64,000 bases of DNA from Candidatus Woesearchaeota archaeon CG10_big_fil_rev_8_21_14_0_10_45_16 (GCA_002762785.1 PCXY01000005.1:31434-95433); one strand, 5' to 3'. Counted from the first letter of the stretch, positions 27,001-37,528 are shown. Numbers and translations: made by a program. Notes: a model not told the origin generated them from the letters alone.

Positions 27001-29954
27001 GGATAATGATGTATGGCTCCGGGGGATTGAACAGCGGTAACAAGCTTACCAGGAACGTGATCAACGGGAGCGTCTATGGGCTGCGTTTCGGATCTAACAG
27101 CGACCTTAACTTTATCTTTGAGAACACGTTCAGACACAGTGTCATTTCAGCAATACTTGTCGGTATCGGAGATGACTTTAACGTCTTCTTCCGCAACAAT
27201 TTTGAAAGCAATGCTGGAGCGACGGTAGTGAACACACCAGCCGACAACTATTTCAACACCACAGGTACGGGGAACTATTGGTTCCACTATGACACTGCTG
27301 CTGAAGGTTGTAACGACGACAATCTTGATGGTTTCTGTGATTCGCCTTTCAACAGCACCATCCAAGCTTCATTCCTGTCGCAGGATAATTTTCCATACAC
27401 TTCAGAAATCCAGTTCAACAAGCTTCCTAATATCACTTCAGTCTTTATTAACACGACAAATCCGGCTGCCAATGATACTACTACCAACATCACCTTGCAT
27501 ATCCAAGCCAGTGATGAAGAAGGCGATGCATTCACCAACATCACTGATTGGAGAAAAAACGGAACTTCTATAGCGGTAGTAAACCTACGCTTTGAAGCGA
27601 CAGACGGAAATGAAAGCAGTTGGACAAAAGATTATGGCAGTAAATTGAATCATGGGGTTGTAAGTGGTGGCGCAAGCTGGAGTTCAACTGGTGGATTTGA
27701 CGGTTATGGTGCTTATGATTTTGATGCAGATTCTGAAACTATAACTATCCCTTATCAGGATTCATTAAATATCACCGGGGATCTTACTATCTCTTTATGG
27801 ATAAAAGCAAGACCACAATCTGGAAATACTAGGATTCTTCAGCGAGGATCTTTAGGTTACTCTCTCTATTTATTTGGATCGACCGGAAGCCTCTACTTTG
27901 GTAACAACAACGGACAGATAAGAACAACAGCGACAACTTTTGAAGATGATACTTGGCATCACGTCGTCGCGCTACATAATGGTACTTCTGGAACATTTGC
28001 AGATTACGACCTTATTATTGATAGTGTCAACGTTCCCACTGTTAATTCTGGTTCATACACTGCATTTAGCGGTAGTAACTCAGATATACGAATTGGTTCG
28101 TTAGGCACAATAGATTACAATGGCTCTTTAGATGAGCTGATGATCTTCAACCACTCATTGTCGCAGGAACAGATCCTTGCTCTTTACCACAACCGGACCG
28201 ATCTGATTGTCAGTCAGGAAACAGCTACTGGAGATAACTGGACTGTTTGTGTTACTGCTAACGATAGGTTGCAGGATAGTCCAGAAACATGTTCAAACCA
28301 AGTGTTGATTATTGAAGCAACAGCCGGTCAAACTGTGCCGAGCATAACTTCTGTTTATGTCAATGCTACAGATTTCCCAAACAACACAACCAATGGCAAC
28401 CTGACAGTTTATGTTCAAGCAACAGATGCTGAGGGCGATGCGTTCACCAACATCACTGATTGGCGAGTAAATGGTACCTCGATAGCTGTTCTTAACATGC
28501 CATTTGAAGCGATGGGAGGAAATGAAGGTGAATCAACAAAGGATTATAGCAGTAAATCAAACAATGGAACAGTGACGGGAGCAGTATGGAACCAGACTGG
28601 AGGGTATGATGGATTTGGAGCGTATGAATTTGACGATACAGCAGATTACATCACCATACCATATACTCCTTCATTGAACATAACGCAAAATCTCACCATC
28701 TCAGTGTGGATTAAAGCACAGCAGCAGCAAGGAAATTCAAGAGTTATTTTTAGGGGGACGTTGGGATATAATCTCTATCTTTTTGGATCGACCGGGAGCC
28801 TCTACTTTGGTAACAACAACGGACAGATAAAAACAACAGCGACAACTTTTGAAGACGACACATGGCACCACGTCGTCGCGATGAAGAACGGAACTTCAGG
28901 ATCATTTGCAGATTACGACCTTATTATTGATGGTGTTGATGTTGAAACCACTTCATCTGGATCATTTGTGGAATTTAATGGAGATGGTAGCGACCTTAGC
29001 TTGGGGATATCAAGTATCGCTTTCAACGGTTCAATGGATGAATTGAAGATATTCAACCGTTCACTTTCAATAGAACAGATAATGGCGATTTATAACAACA
29101 GGACGGAGACCATAGTTAGCCAAGAAACTCTGGCTGGAGAAAACTGGACAGCTTGCGTAACTTCTAACGATAGAACTTCTAACAGCGCTGAAGTCTGTTC
29201 AAATCAATTGTTGGTATTGGGTGTCGCTGGCAACACCGCGCCGCCAGCTCCAGTATTGATCTCGCCACCGGATCAAAACACGACCATCAACAGGACGCCT
29301 AACTTCATCTGGAACAATTCAGTAGATACTGATGGCGATAACGTAACATATCATCTCATCGTCGATGACAACTCGGCATTCAACAATCCAGAGATAAATG
29401 TTAGTAATCTTAACGCATCCAACTTTTACAATACGACATACGCTAACACGACAGAACTGGCCGTCGATACGACATATTTCTGGAAAGTCCGCGGCTTTGA
29501 CGGAACTGACTTCGGATCTTTTTCCAGTACATTTAATTTCACGGTGCAGTCGTTCCTGGCCGTATCAGTACTGCAAGACACCATAAATTTCGGCACTGGA
29601 CTACCGAACCAGACTTTCAACACTACAGACGGCGCGCCCGCTCCGTTCAGGACAGAGAATGTCGGCAACATCGTATCTAATGTCACTATCACAGGGACGG
29701 CATATTTCACCTCCGTGGCCTTCCCTTCAAGCTACTATGTATTTAAAGTAAGAGAGAATGAGAGCAATGCTTTTAACCAGACGTTGTCAAACATCACCTA
29801 CATCAACATGCCTGATGCCAGCGCCTCACCGCATGTCCTCAACTTAAATTGGTATTCGTTCCAGAATGACTTTTTGACAGATATCAACATTACCGTACCG
29901 CCTGACGAGTCGTTCGGAGCCAAGAGTTCCACAGTCACATTTACGATATCATGA
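24030..29954 (+). CDS. Giant surface glycoprotein/adhesin: N-terminal TM, parallel beta-helix repeats, 2 LamG domains, Fn3, C-terminal pilin-like domain
   Basis: TM near aa 81-99; NosD/PbH1-type repeats; LamG motifs (LTISLWIK..WHHVVA..GSLDELMIFNHSLS); many N-x-S/T sequons. Confidence 0.88.
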   Translation: MERSDHGPLKEKERVLIMKQRQLFDSLAKSRVIKGKDAKRFQPLIKHEEEELKQVQRELKITREKIWGAENREKKYTTLRVGIALSFLISIMVLVSLVGEGGFGLHLTKEGQGYTSFFQKNVITGAAVAEQEISAQPQKEITVEPERKSIETIIDEQPEKQEKVSTTAIGQPGFFIQSDPPLLGANSNVSAYLFNDSNNNILIFNTTEANDYDNLPASGFFGGDVRWWEMGGFPDMAYIGSTSRFRKIFFNLTSEGFSDPNDEWFYYDGSGWTPFNPINETKYFQQTGINILNFTAGANWSTVSVAGLYGPYYWVRFTCTDGCQTLGVAQISITATECEEYISACKSSGWVPGRTYCLDTDIIGDDASCMVFDNSNITLDCQGNMIDGDGDSSGHGIDVTTHDNITIDHCLISDFNRGVYFSGSDDSVVRNSNLTLNVDAGIYITNSDNGTVFNNSIIDHEGTSANADGGIFINDQAQHWNISFNNFSSNYFGINFYGSAGLNSHNNVTSNRFEGSTRAIGFHSNSDDTVIKDNIFLDSTQYAVIFGTASANQNRFYNNQFNGSTTFDIFLNIAPGGLYQTFLNNFADGYEFFMCFNDTSFRSNNNRTEADKIFNIGSSIIYQCNNAIINNLTTAFHVSNSDDFGALLITESDNVIVNNSNFTSNLEGISVRTSNNATIKNSVFYLNGDAGIYVSTGDSGTIFGNTFVDQDGSSNNQDGGIFLEQLSDYWNITGNNFSSNYHGINLYGSGGVNTFNNITANYFDGNTRGVAFNSQGRRNIIQDNIFRGQTQYAVIFNSASELYDEFYNNQFNGSTTFDVFLSSIALKHNFRNNFADGYEFFMCYNESYFVSSNNMTLVDRVFSLGSSILAECPYATIDNLTVMNHVSNSDDFGAFLITQSSNVTVTNSNFSSNLEGISVRSSDNVTIKNSKFSSNTDAGIYLNTADNGTIFNNTFVDQDGSFNNQDGGIFFEQLSDYWNISHNTFTSNYHGIMMYGSGGLNSGNKLTRNVINGSVYGLRFGSNSDLNFIFENTFRHSVISAILVGIGDDFNVFFRNNFESNAGATVVNTPADNYFNTTGTGNYWFHYDTAAEGCNDDNLDGFCDSPFNSTIQASFLSQDNFPYTSEIQFNKLPNITSVFINTTNPAANDTTTNITLHIQASDEEGDAFTNITDWRKNGTSIAVVNLRFEATDGNESSWTKDYGSKLNHGVVSGGASWSSTGGFDGYGAYDFDADSETITIPYQDSLNITGDLTISLWIKARPQSGNTRILQRGSLGYSLYLFGSTGSLYFGNNNGQIRTTATTFEDDTWHHVVALHNGTSGTFADYDLIIDSVNVPTVNSGSYTAFSGSNSDIRIGSLGTIDYNGSLDELMIFNHSLSQEQILALYHNRTDLIVSQETATGDNWTVCVTANDRLQDSPETCSNQVLIIEATAGQTVPSITSVYVNATDFPNNTTNGNLTVYVQATDAEGDAFTNITDWRVNGTSIAVLNMPFEAMGGNEGESTKDYSSKSNNGTVTGAVWNQTGGYDGFGAYEFDDTADYITIPYTPSLNITQNLTISVWIKAQQQQGNSRVIFRGTLGYNLYLFGSTGSLYFGNNNGQIKTTATTFEDDTWHHVVAMKNGTSGSFADYDLIIDGVDVETTSSGSFVEFNGDGSDLSLGISSIAFNGSMDELKIFNRSLSIEQIMAIYNNRTETIVSQETLAGENWTACVTSNDRTSNSAEVCSNQLLVLGVAGNTAPPAPVLISPPDQNTTINRTPNFIWNNSVDTDGDNVTYHLIVDDNSAFNNPEINVSNLNASNFYNTTYANTTELAVDTTYFWKVRGFDGTDFGSFSSTFNFTVQSFLAVSVLQDTINFGTGLPNQTFNTTDGAPAPFRTENVGNIVSNVTITGTAYFTSVAFPSSYYVFKVRENESNAFNQTLSNITYINMPDASASPHVLNLNWYSFQNDFLTDINITVPPDESFGAKSSTVTFTIS

Positions 29955-29964
29955 CGCCAAAAAA

Positions 29965-31203
29965 ATGAATCGAAAAACCATAACCTGGATACTAGTACTG
30001 TTGCTGTCATTCCAGCTAGTCTTAGGGCTGGGAATACGGCCGGCCAAGACGACCATCTCGGCCGAAGACGGACCTATCTACGAAGGGACACTGACCATAG
30101 TTAATACTGATCACCAAGAGATGAAACTTAAGATCCACGCGGATGGTGAGATCGCTGACTTTATAGACATCGACAAGAAAAACATCAATTTCAAAGACGT
30201 TGATGAAGCGGAGACCGTACACTTTACTATCGAACTGCCGGAGGAAGTACCGCCAGAAGCATTATACGGCCTTATCGTGGTAGAACAGGAACCTGGCAAG
30301 AAAGTACAAAACGGCGTCGATTCCAGGGTCATCCTAAACCACGCCGTCAAGATTGAAGGAGAGATCCCAGAACTGTACCTTATGGCCAAGCTTAATTTCT
30401 ATGATAACGGCGATAAGATCAGACTGGTGTCTGAAGTTGAGAACATTGGCCATAAGGATATCAGCAAGGTGCAGACAACGTTCTATATCAACGACAGGAA
30501 ACAGGAAGTGCAAGCTTTGAAAACGGAAGAGACCAGCCTAGGATTAAGCGAAAACAAGCTGTTAGATACAGAGATCAGCAGGGACAACTTTGAGAACGGA
30601 GAGTTTTCAGTGTCAGCCGTCACAGATTATGACGGTCAGCAGACAGAAGTTGTCAAAAGCCTTATCATCGGAAGGCCGGAAGTGGAAGTTACGTTCTTTG
30701 ATAAATATTTCATAGCGAACAAGATCAACCAATACACTTTGGACCTGTTAAACCATTGGAACAAAGAGATCCAGAATGTCTACGTTGATGTGGCTGTGAA
30801 AAAAGACGACGAGAAGATCGATGAGTTCAGGACGCGTTCAGTTGATATCCCAGGGGAAGTTACCAAGAGGTTAGAGGATTACTTCGATGCTAAAGACAAA
30901 AGTCCAGGAGAGTATTCATTTGAGATGGTTGTCAATTTCTGGAACACCTACCGGATGGAAAGCAAAACTTATACCAGTGAACTGCTGACGGAAGAAGAGT
31001 TTAGAGGATTAAGCAGAGAGAAGATTCTGGAATCGGCAGTCAGCGGACAACCGGAAAGCCAGGAACCAAGATCAGGATTCTGGAAGATGGCAGGCATTGT
31101 AGCTCTTACGTTGATCCTAGGGTTCTTTTGCATCCTCGGCTTTGGATATCTGAAGCGAAGAAAGAACGAATATGAAAACGGCCCCAGTAACGATGAGTTT
31201 TAG
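29965..31203 (+). CDS. Secreted three-Ig-domain protein with C-terminal TM anchor (paralog of 61245-62453)
   Basis: Signal peptide; VENIGH, DYDG, NHWN, GEY motifs; C-terminal TM plus basic tail. Confidence 0.75.
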   Translation: MNRKTITWILVLLLSFQLVLGLGIRPAKTTISAEDGPIYEGTLTIVNTDHQEMKLKIHADGEIADFIDIDKKNINFKDVDEAETVHFTIELPEEVPPEALYGLIVVEQEPGKKVQNGVDSRVILNHAVKIEGEIPELYLMAKLNFYDNGDKIRLVSEVENIGHKDISKVQTTFYINDRKQEVQALKTEETSLGLSENKLLDTEISRDNFENGEFSVSAVTDYDGQQTEVVKSLIIGRPEVEVTFFDKYFIANKINQYTLDLLNHWNKEIQNVYVDVAVKKDDEKIDEFRTRSVDIPGEVTKRLEDYFDAKDKSPGEYSFEMVVNFWNTYRMESKTYTSELLTEEEFRGLSREKILESAVSGQPESQEPRSGFWKMAGIVALTLILGFFCILGFGYLKRRKNEYENGPSNDEF

Positions 31204-31275
31204 TAGATGAATTTTAGCTGAATTTCAGATGAGTTTTAGAGGATTTTCAGAGGAGTTTTAGCAGACGCATTTTAG
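31193..31275. repeat. Degenerate 11-bp tandem repeat (~7 copies)
   Basis: ATGAGTTTTAG, ATGAATTTTAG, CTGAATTTCAG, ATGAGTTTTAG, AGGATTTTCAG, AGGAGTTTTAG, ACGCATTTTAG. Confidence 0.75.
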
Positions 31276-31295
31276 CTAACTTTACAACCAAGCGA

Positions 31296-32405
31296 TCAAG
31301 ACCCAAAGATCTTCTGTAGGAAGCTCTTGATCGGTTTCTCTTCTTTTAACTGAAGGATAAGATCTTTTTGTTTCTTAGTTATCTTTTCCGGCACGGCAAT
31401 CTTCACTTTTACCAGCTGGTCACCTTTTCCAGAACTATGAAGATGGCGGATGCCTTTCCCTTTCATCCTAAAAGTGGTCTCAGAGGAAGTTCCTGCAGGG
31501 ATCTTAAAGGTGGCAGTTCCATCTATCGTCGGCACGTCAATCTCGTCGCCAAGAACTGCCTGTGAAAATGAGATTGGGATAGTGATGTGAAGATCATCTT
31601 CAGATCTCTTGAAATATTTATGTTCTGAGACGTGGACCTGGACATAAAGGTCACCAGCAGGACCGCTGTTCTCACCGATCTCGCCTTCTCCGGAAACACG
31701 CAGGCGCATGTTGTTATCGACACCAGCTGGAATCGAGACTTCAAGTTCTTTCTTTATCCGGATGAACCCTTCTCCAGCGCATTCTGAACAGGAATCCCGG
31801 GGCAGTTCGCCTTTGCCATGGCAGTAAGGACAAGGTCCGGTCTGTTGAAACAAGCCGAAGGCAGTGCGCTGGGTCTGCTTTATGTAACCAGAACCATGAC
31901 AATGATGGCAATTCTCAAAAGAAGTCGCGCCTTTGCCATGACATGTTTTACAATGTTCTAATTTGTTGAGAGAGATGGTTTTCTCCACCCCTTCAGCAGC
32001 TTCTTCCAGCGTAAGAGCCACTTCATACAGCAGGTCTGAACCTCGGCGAGCCCGGCTTCGACCGCGAGAACCGCCGCCGCCAAAAATCTGGTCGAAGATG
32101 TCGCCAAAATCACCGAACGAGCCGGAACGGAACTGGGACATGACATCAGAAAAATCAAAACCCTGCTGACCGCCCTCAAATGAAGAAGAGCCAAACTGAT
32201 CGTATTGTCTGCGTTTCTTCTCATCCCCCAGCACCGCAGCAGCAGCGCTGATCTCTTTGAACTTTTCTTCATACTCCTGCTTCTTATCTTCAGGAGCGCG
32301 GTCGGGATGATATTTAAGAGCAAGCTTCTTGTACGCTTTCTTGATGTCCTCTTTGGTGGAATTTTTAGAGACACCAAGAAGTTCGTAATAATCTTTGTCT
32401 GCCAT
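31296..32405 (-). CDS. dnaJ: Chaperone DnaJ
   Basis: J domain HPD, G/F region, four CxxCxGxG repeats. Confidence 0.98.
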   Translation of the reverse strand: MADKDYYELLGVSKNSTKEDIKKAYKKLALKYHPDRAPEDKKQEYEEKFKEISAAAAVLGDEKKRRQYDQFGSSSFEGGQQGFDFSDVMSQFRSGSFGDFGDIFDQIFGGGGSRGRSRARRGSDLLYEVALTLEEAAEGVEKTISLNKLEHCKTCHGKGATSFENCHHCHGSGYIKQTQRTAFGLFQQTGPCPYCHGKGELPRDSCSECAGEGFIRIKKELEVSIPAGVDNNMRLRVSGEGEIGENSGPAGDLYVQVHVSEHKYFKRSEDDLHITIPISFSQAVLGDEIDVPTIDGTATFKIPAGTSSETTFRMKGKGIRHLHSSGKGDQLVKVKIAVPEKITKKQKDLILQLKEEKPIKSFLQKIFGS

Positions 32406-32437
32406 ATCGATACCTTTATTTGATTTTTATTTGACTT

Positions 32438-33103
32438 TTATTTGATTTCTACCCCTTCTGCTTTGCTGTTCTTTACGTTCTGTGGGCTTGGCTGGTCTAA
32501 TAGTTCTTCCATCTTATCACCCAGATCATTTGGTTGGTAACCTAGCGATACAAAGATCTCTTTCTCAAATTGTTTCATGCCAGCGATCTCCTCAACGCGC
32601 TCAGCGATACAGTGATATACTTCCTCAATATATGCGACGCGATCTTCAAAAGGGATAATGATGTTGCGCAATACTCTCCAATCACAGTAATGCACTAGCT
32701 CCTCTTCGGGAGTCCGGTCTTTAACCTGAGGATCACTGGTCCTCTTCAACGAAACAGCTAGCCCAGGATAAGAATCTTTGAACACTTCAAAGGCGATCTC
32801 GCCTTCATACATCCCTTGATATTTAGCCCGCAGCTCTTTCCAAGCTTCAATTTCGGCAGGAGTTGCTTGATAACTATGATATTTAGACGGTTTCAGCTCT
32901 TTAAGAGCAGCAGCTTTGAAGAGATCATGCAGGAGACTTAAGACCCTCACTTGTTCTATGTTAAGAGTATGGCCTTTCTTGTTCAACTCTGCAGCCAGAA
33001 AGAGGGATACTTCCTGTACTTTAAGACAATGCTGAAAGATGTTTCTAGGAACAACGTATTTCTCAAAATAATCCAGACATTGTTGTTGGGTAGGGAGGTT
33101 CAT
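32438..33103 (-). CDS. HD-domain protein
   Basis: H..V, LLHD, HYCD motifs; lies between dnaK and dnaJ. Confidence 0.8.
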   Translation of the reverse strand: MNLPTQQQCLDYFEKYVVPRNIFQHCLKVQEVSLFLAAELNKKGHTLNIEQVRVLSLLHDLFKAAALKELKPSKYHSYQATPAEIEAWKELRAKYQGMYEGEIAFEVFKDSYPGLAVSLKRTSDPQVKDRTPEEELVHYCDWRVLRNIIIPFEDRVAYIEEVYHCIAERVEEIAGMKQFEKEIFVSLGYQPNDLGDKMEELLDQPSPQNVKNSKAEGVEIK

Positions 33104-33147
33104 GATCTTTATCCGATGGCGACAAAAAGAAAGGAATAAAAAACTTC

Positions 33148-35034
33148 CTATTCTTTTTTCTTCTCTTTGAACTCAGCATCGACAATGCTGTCGTCGTCAG
33201 GTTGACCACTTTTGCTTTTCTCACCACTCTTGCCCTTGCTACCAGCATCCTGCTTGGTAGACTCGGCTTGAGCAGCTTCCTGATACATCTTGGCACCGAT
33301 CTCCTGGACCACTTTGTTCAAAGATTCAATCTCTCTGTTGATAGTATCCGGATCGCCGTCCTTACGGGCTTCTTCAACTTTTTTCAGGCCGTCTTCGATG
33401 TTCTTCTTGGTCTTCTCGTCAATCTTGTCCTTGAACTCTTCCAGAACTTTCTTGGTCTGGTAGACGACCGCTTCAGCGTTGTTCTCCGCTTCGACTTTAG
33501 CTTTCCGTTTCTCATCGTCAGCAGCGTTCTTCTCGGCTTCTTGTTTCATCTTCTCAACCTCGTCTTTATTGAGGGTGCTGGAGCCAGTGATCTTGATCTT
33601 CTGCTCTGTTCCGGTGCCTTTGTCTTTAGCGCCAACGTTAAGGATACCATTGGCATCAATGTCAAACGTTACTTCTATCTGCGGCACTCCACGGGGCGCC
33701 GGCGGGATACCGACCAGGTCAAATTGACCTAGAACTTTGTTGTCAGCAAACATGGAACGTTCTCCCTGGGCGATGCGGATGGTAACGGCCGGCTGATTAT
33801 CGGCAGCGGTCGAGAACACCTGCGATTTTTTCGTCGGGATGGTGGTGTTCCTCTCGATCAGTTTGGTGAAGACACCGCCAAGGGTTTCTATACCAAGGCT
33901 GAGAGGTGTCACGTCAAGCAGCAGAACATCTTTGATGTCTCCCGCCATGACGCCAGCCTGGATAGCGGCCCCGACAGCTACTGCTTCATCAGGATTGACA
34001 GACTTGTCGCCTTCTTTACCAGTTATCTTCCGAACAAGATCCTGCACAGCCGGAATCCTGGTAGAACCGCCGACAAAGATGACTTTATCGATCTTATCTG
34101 CCGTCAGATCTGCATCTTTCAAAGATTGCCTTACTGGTGTTTCCAATCTCTTCAGGATAGTAGCGATAAGTTCCTCAAACTTGGCCCGAGTCAGTTCGTC
34201 TTTGATATGTTTTGGCCCGTTCTGGTCAGCAGTGATGAAAGGGATGCTTATCTCCACTTTAGCTTTACTAGATAGTTCGATCTTGGCTTTTTCTGCCGCT
34301 TCTTTAAGACGCTGCATGGCCGTAGCATCATTGTTAAGATCGATGCCAGTGGATTTCTTGAACGTGTCTATAAGGTGATCCATGATCACTTCATCGACAT
34401 CATCTCCACCAAGCATATTATCACCGCTGGTAGATTTGACTTCAAAGACGCCGTCTCCCAGCTCTAGGATAGAAACATCAAAAGTACCTCCGCCAAAGTC
34501 GAAGACAAGAACAGTATGTTCTTTTTCCTGTCTGTCCAGACCATATGCTAATGAGGCTGCTGTCGGTTCGTTGATGATCCTGAGAACATTCAAGCCAGCA
34601 ATCTCGCCGGCAGCTTTAGTAGCCTGTCTCTGTGAATCGTTAAAATAAGCTGGGACAGTAATAACTGCATTCTTGACCGGCTGACCCAGATACGCTTCAG
34701 CATCTCTCTTCAATTTTTGCAGGATCATGGCTGAGACTTGCTCAGGAGTATATTCCTTGCCGTCAATCTCAACCTTCTCAGAAGTCCCCATCTTTCGCTT
34801 GATGGACCTTATAGTGTGAGATGGATCGACGATAGCCTGGTTTCTAGCCACTTGACCGACGATGATCTCCTCATCTTTGATATGGACGACGCTGGGCGTA
34901 GTCCTGGTTCCTTCAGAGTTTGTTATGATAGTCGGCTTGCCGCCTTCAAGGACCGCTATCGCTGAGAAAGTTGTTCCCAGGTCGATCCCGATAGTTGCTC
35001 CGCTCACTTTAGTATCTGGTTTTTTTTCTGTCAT
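33148..35034 (-). CDS. dnaK: Chaperone DnaK
   Basis: [25 protein letters not shown]. Confidence 0.99.
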   Translation of the reverse strand: MTEKKPDTKVSGATIGIDLGTTFSAIAVLEGGKPTIITNSEGTRTTPSVVHIKDEEIIVGQVARNQAIVDPSHTIRSIKRKMGTSEKVEIDGKEYTPEQVSAMILQKLKRDAEAYLGQPVKNAVITVPAYFNDSQRQATKAAGEIAGLNVLRIINEPTAASLAYGLDRQEKEHTVLVFDFGGGTFDVSILELGDGVFEVKSTSGDNMLGGDDVDEVIMDHLIDTFKKSTGIDLNNDATAMQRLKEAAEKAKIELSSKAKVEISIPFITADQNGPKHIKDELTRAKFEELIATILKRLETPVRQSLKDADLTADKIDKVIFVGGSTRIPAVQDLVRKITGKEGDKSVNPDEAVAVGAAIQAGVMAGDIKDVLLLDVTPLSLGIETLGGVFTKLIERNTTIPTKKSQVFSTAADNQPAVTIRIAQGERSMFADNKVLGQFDLVGIPPAPRGVPQIEVTFDIDANGILNVGAKDKGTGTEQKIKITGSSTLNKDEVEKMKQEAEKNAADDEKRKAKVEAENNAEAVVYQTKKVLEEFKDKIDEKTKKNIEDGLKKVEEARKDGDPDTINREIESLNKVVQEIGAKMYQEAAQAESTKQDAGSKGKSGEKSKSGQPDDDSIVDAEFKEKKKE

Positions 35035-35036
35035 TT

Positions 35037-35648
35037 TTATTTTCCTCCATCATTGGTAGTATCTTTAATCTCTTTCTCTGATCTGCTAATTTTTCCTGAA
35101 CTGATCTTAACCCTGGCTGGCCTCAAAGTAACGCCATACATCTGATAGCCATCCTGCAGCACTTCCAAGACAGTGTTTTCAGGCTGTTCTGACCCCACTT
35201 TAAGCAATGCTTCATGCTTTCGAGGATCAAAAGGCTGACCGGCTGCCTCGATGATCATCACATTGTTATCTGCCAACAGTTTCATCAACTGCGCATGGAT
35301 CAGTTCGACGCCTTGGACAAAGTCGCTGCTTTTGATAGCAGGATCGATATTCTTCAAAGCCAGCGTAAAGTTATCGACGATCGGCAGCAGCTGGGCAAGA
35401 ATGTTTCGAGACGCCATCTGTTTCATTTCGTCCAGACGTTTCTCGGTCTGCTTTCGGTAATTCTCAAAGTTAGCCTGGGTCCGCTGCAATAAGTCAGTGA
35501 TCTCGGCAACTTTGTCAACAACCCCATCAACAGTCGTGCCTGACTGCGTTTTGATATCCTCAACAACCTCTGCCTCTTTCTTTTTGGAAGCAAGGTGGGC
35601 CTTTTCCTGGTTTCCCAGATTATCCTGTGGTTCAGTGTGTTTTGTCAT
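35037..35648 (-). CDS. grpE: Nucleotide exchange factor GrpE
   Basis: [25 protein letters not shown]. Confidence 0.97.
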   Translation of the reverse strand: MTKHTEPQDNLGNQEKAHLASKKKEAEVVEDIKTQSGTTVDGVVDKVAEITDLLQRTQANFENYRKQTEKRLDEMKQMASRNILAQLLPIVDNFTLALKNIDPAIKSSDFVQGVELIHAQLMKLLADNNVMIIEAAGQPFDPRKHEALLKVGSEQPENTVLEVLQDGYQMYGVTLRPARVKISSGKISRSEKEIKDTTNDGGK

Positions 35649-35742
35649 TTTGTAGGTTTTAACTCGACTTTGTAGAGCTTACACCAACAAGTATATAAAT
35701 TTTTCGGGAAACCTTTAAAATCTCCAGCAACATTACCAACCC

Positions 35743-36138
35743 ATGACCCAGAAATTTATCCTTATCAAAGTGCGCAAGGCAGCTAACCCTAATGTCAATG
35801 AGGAACTGCAATGGCTGGGAAATTCCCTGGGATTATTCAACCTTAGGGATAAGGACAGCAGTTGTTTCAGGGTCTTCATCACTTTTGTTAGGAATGCCAA
35901 GACCAATACGGCCCTTAGTTCTGATGAGATCGCCGAAAAGCTGAGGTTAAGCCGAGCCACAGTGATCCACCATCTTGATAAGCTGATGGACGCAGGCATC
36001 GTCGTAAAAGACAGACAACGCTACATCCTCAGAGAAAATTCTTTACAGACATTGGTAAAGGATTTGCAGCAAGACATGGAAGCTTTTTTCTCAGAACTCA
36101 GAGAAGTTGCTAAAGAGATCGATGAGCAGTTAGGCTGA
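35743..36138 (+). CDS. Winged-helix (ArsR/TrmB-like) transcriptional regulator
   Basis: SSDEIAEKLRLSRATVIHHLDKLMDAGIV; divergent from grpE. Confidence 0.85.
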   Translation: MTQKFILIKVRKAANPNVNEELQWLGNSLGLFNLRDKDSSCFRVFITFVRNAKTNTALSSDEIAEKLRLSRATVIHHLDKLMDAGIVVKDRQRYILRENSLQTLVKDLQQDMEAFFSELREVAKEIDEQLG

Positions 36139-36189
36139 TCTTCTAAAAGGGAAAGTATTTATAGGCTGATTTATTCATATTCTTTGTAG

Positions 36190-37098
36190 ATGGACAGACA
36201 AAAAAGAGGGATACTTGTAGCGGTAGTTGTACTGCTCGTTCTTTCATTAGTTCAGGTTACGACTATGTTCACTTTAACTGGAAAAGCCACCGCCACCAGA
36301 GGAAGCGTCAGCCTCAATTATCAGTTCCCCACACCTTCGGTTGTGCTTATCGCACCTGCAAATAATTTCACGGTAGAAACTGGAGAAGATAACTCAACCA
36401 TCACTTTTGTCTGCAAAGCAGGACACGTCACTACCCTTTTCAACCTGTCTTTGTATCTTAGCAACTCCACAAGAGGCAGTTTCGCCATCAACCAGACGAC
36501 CAATACCTCTGCCAAGAATGTTTCAGCTTTCTGGACCTTAGTATTAGAACGAGGCAACTACACCTGGAGCTGCCAAACATCCGATAACCGGACATACCCC
36601 TTCGCAGCAAACAGAAGCTTGACCATAAAATCACCGAACGCTGCGGTCGAAGTTGTACAAGGCGACGGAGGGGGAACAACGATTATCGGCGGCGGCGGCA
36701 CTCGTACGTTTAGGACCACTATCGAGAAGAATGCGACGTGTCCGCAGGAGACGATCTGCTTCGCCTGGAGTGAGTGCCGCATAGATGGAGCTCAAACAAG
36801 AGACTGTGTCCTGGTCCATGATGATTGTTCCGTCACCAAGTTCTCAGAAAAGAAAGAATGTAGGGCTACACCGTTGGAGAGACAGGTTCCCGGAGAGATT
36901 GAAAGGAGACAGGTTGAGCAGGCTCTAGAACAGATTGTCGAAAAGGGAGCCGATTTCATTCAAAGCAAGAGAACCACCGCATTTACAGCAGCCATCCTGC
37001 TATTAGCGTTCATAGTCTTTGTGATTATAAAAACTTCAGGACATAAAGAGGCTGCAACAGTTGCAACAGAGGTCACAAAAACCAAAAAGAAAAGATGA
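36190..37098 (+). CDS. Surface protein with N- and C-terminal TM helices, Ig-like domain and Cys-rich module
   Basis: TM, LTGKAT motif, GNYTWSC, Gly linker, CxxWSECxxDGxQTRxC. Confidence 0.75.
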   Translation: MDRQKRGILVAVVVLLVLSLVQVTTMFTLTGKATATRGSVSLNYQFPTPSVVLIAPANNFTVETGEDNSTITFVCKAGHVTTLFNLSLYLSNSTRGSFAINQTTNTSAKNVSAFWTLVLERGNYTWSCQTSDNRTYPFAANRSLTIKSPNAAVEVVQGDGGGTTIIGGGGTRTFRTTIEKNATCPQETICFAWSECRIDGAQTRDCVLVHDDCSVTKFSEKKECRATPLERQVPGEIERRQVEQALEQIVEKGADFIQSKRTTAFTAAILLLAFIVFVIIKTSGHKEAATVATEVTKTKKKR

Positions 37099-37150
37099 TT
37101 ACCACAATTTAATTTTACTACACTCGGCGATAGTAGGTCGATACCCTAGA

Positions 37151-37417
37151 TCATTTCGCCAAAGCCTTCTTGATTCCGGCAGGGTCATAGCCGACGATGA
37201 TCTTCTTGCCGATCTCGACCACCGGAACGCCCATCTGGCCGGACTTTTCGATCATGGCATCTCTGGCTTTTTCATCAGAAGCGACGTTCAGTTCCTTAAA
37301 AGGGATCTTGTTCTCCTTCAGAAACTCTTTAGTCTTCTTACACCACGGACAGGTCGGAGTAGTGTATACTTTTACAGTTGTCATAGAACCAGCAGTCTTT
37401 TTTGTCGTTTTAGCCAT
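37151..37417 (-). CDS. Glutaredoxin-like (NrdH/YruB-type) protein
   Basis: YTTPTCPWC, SGQMGVPV. Confidence 0.92.
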   Translation of the reverse strand: MAKTTKKTAGSMTTVKVYTTPTCPWCKKTKEFLKENKIPFKELNVASDEKARDAMIEKSGQMGVPVVEIGKKIIVGYDPAGIKKALAK

Positions 37418-37528
37418 GGTATCACCTTAGTATTAGTGATCTATGTAACTTCTTTCATTTAAATTTCTTTTGTTTTGATGTGCTAAAAAGAAGAAAAATT
37501 TAATAGTGGGCGTGGTTCTGAGCTCCAG

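Noticed and set aside
27873-28880. Near-identical AAC-rich repeats as a DGR template/variable pair
   Set aside because: Both copies are in-frame domains of one gene, mismatches are not confined to adenines, and no reverse transcriptase is in the window
31193-31275. CRISPR array
   Set aside because: 11-bp degenerate units without spacers; no cas genes
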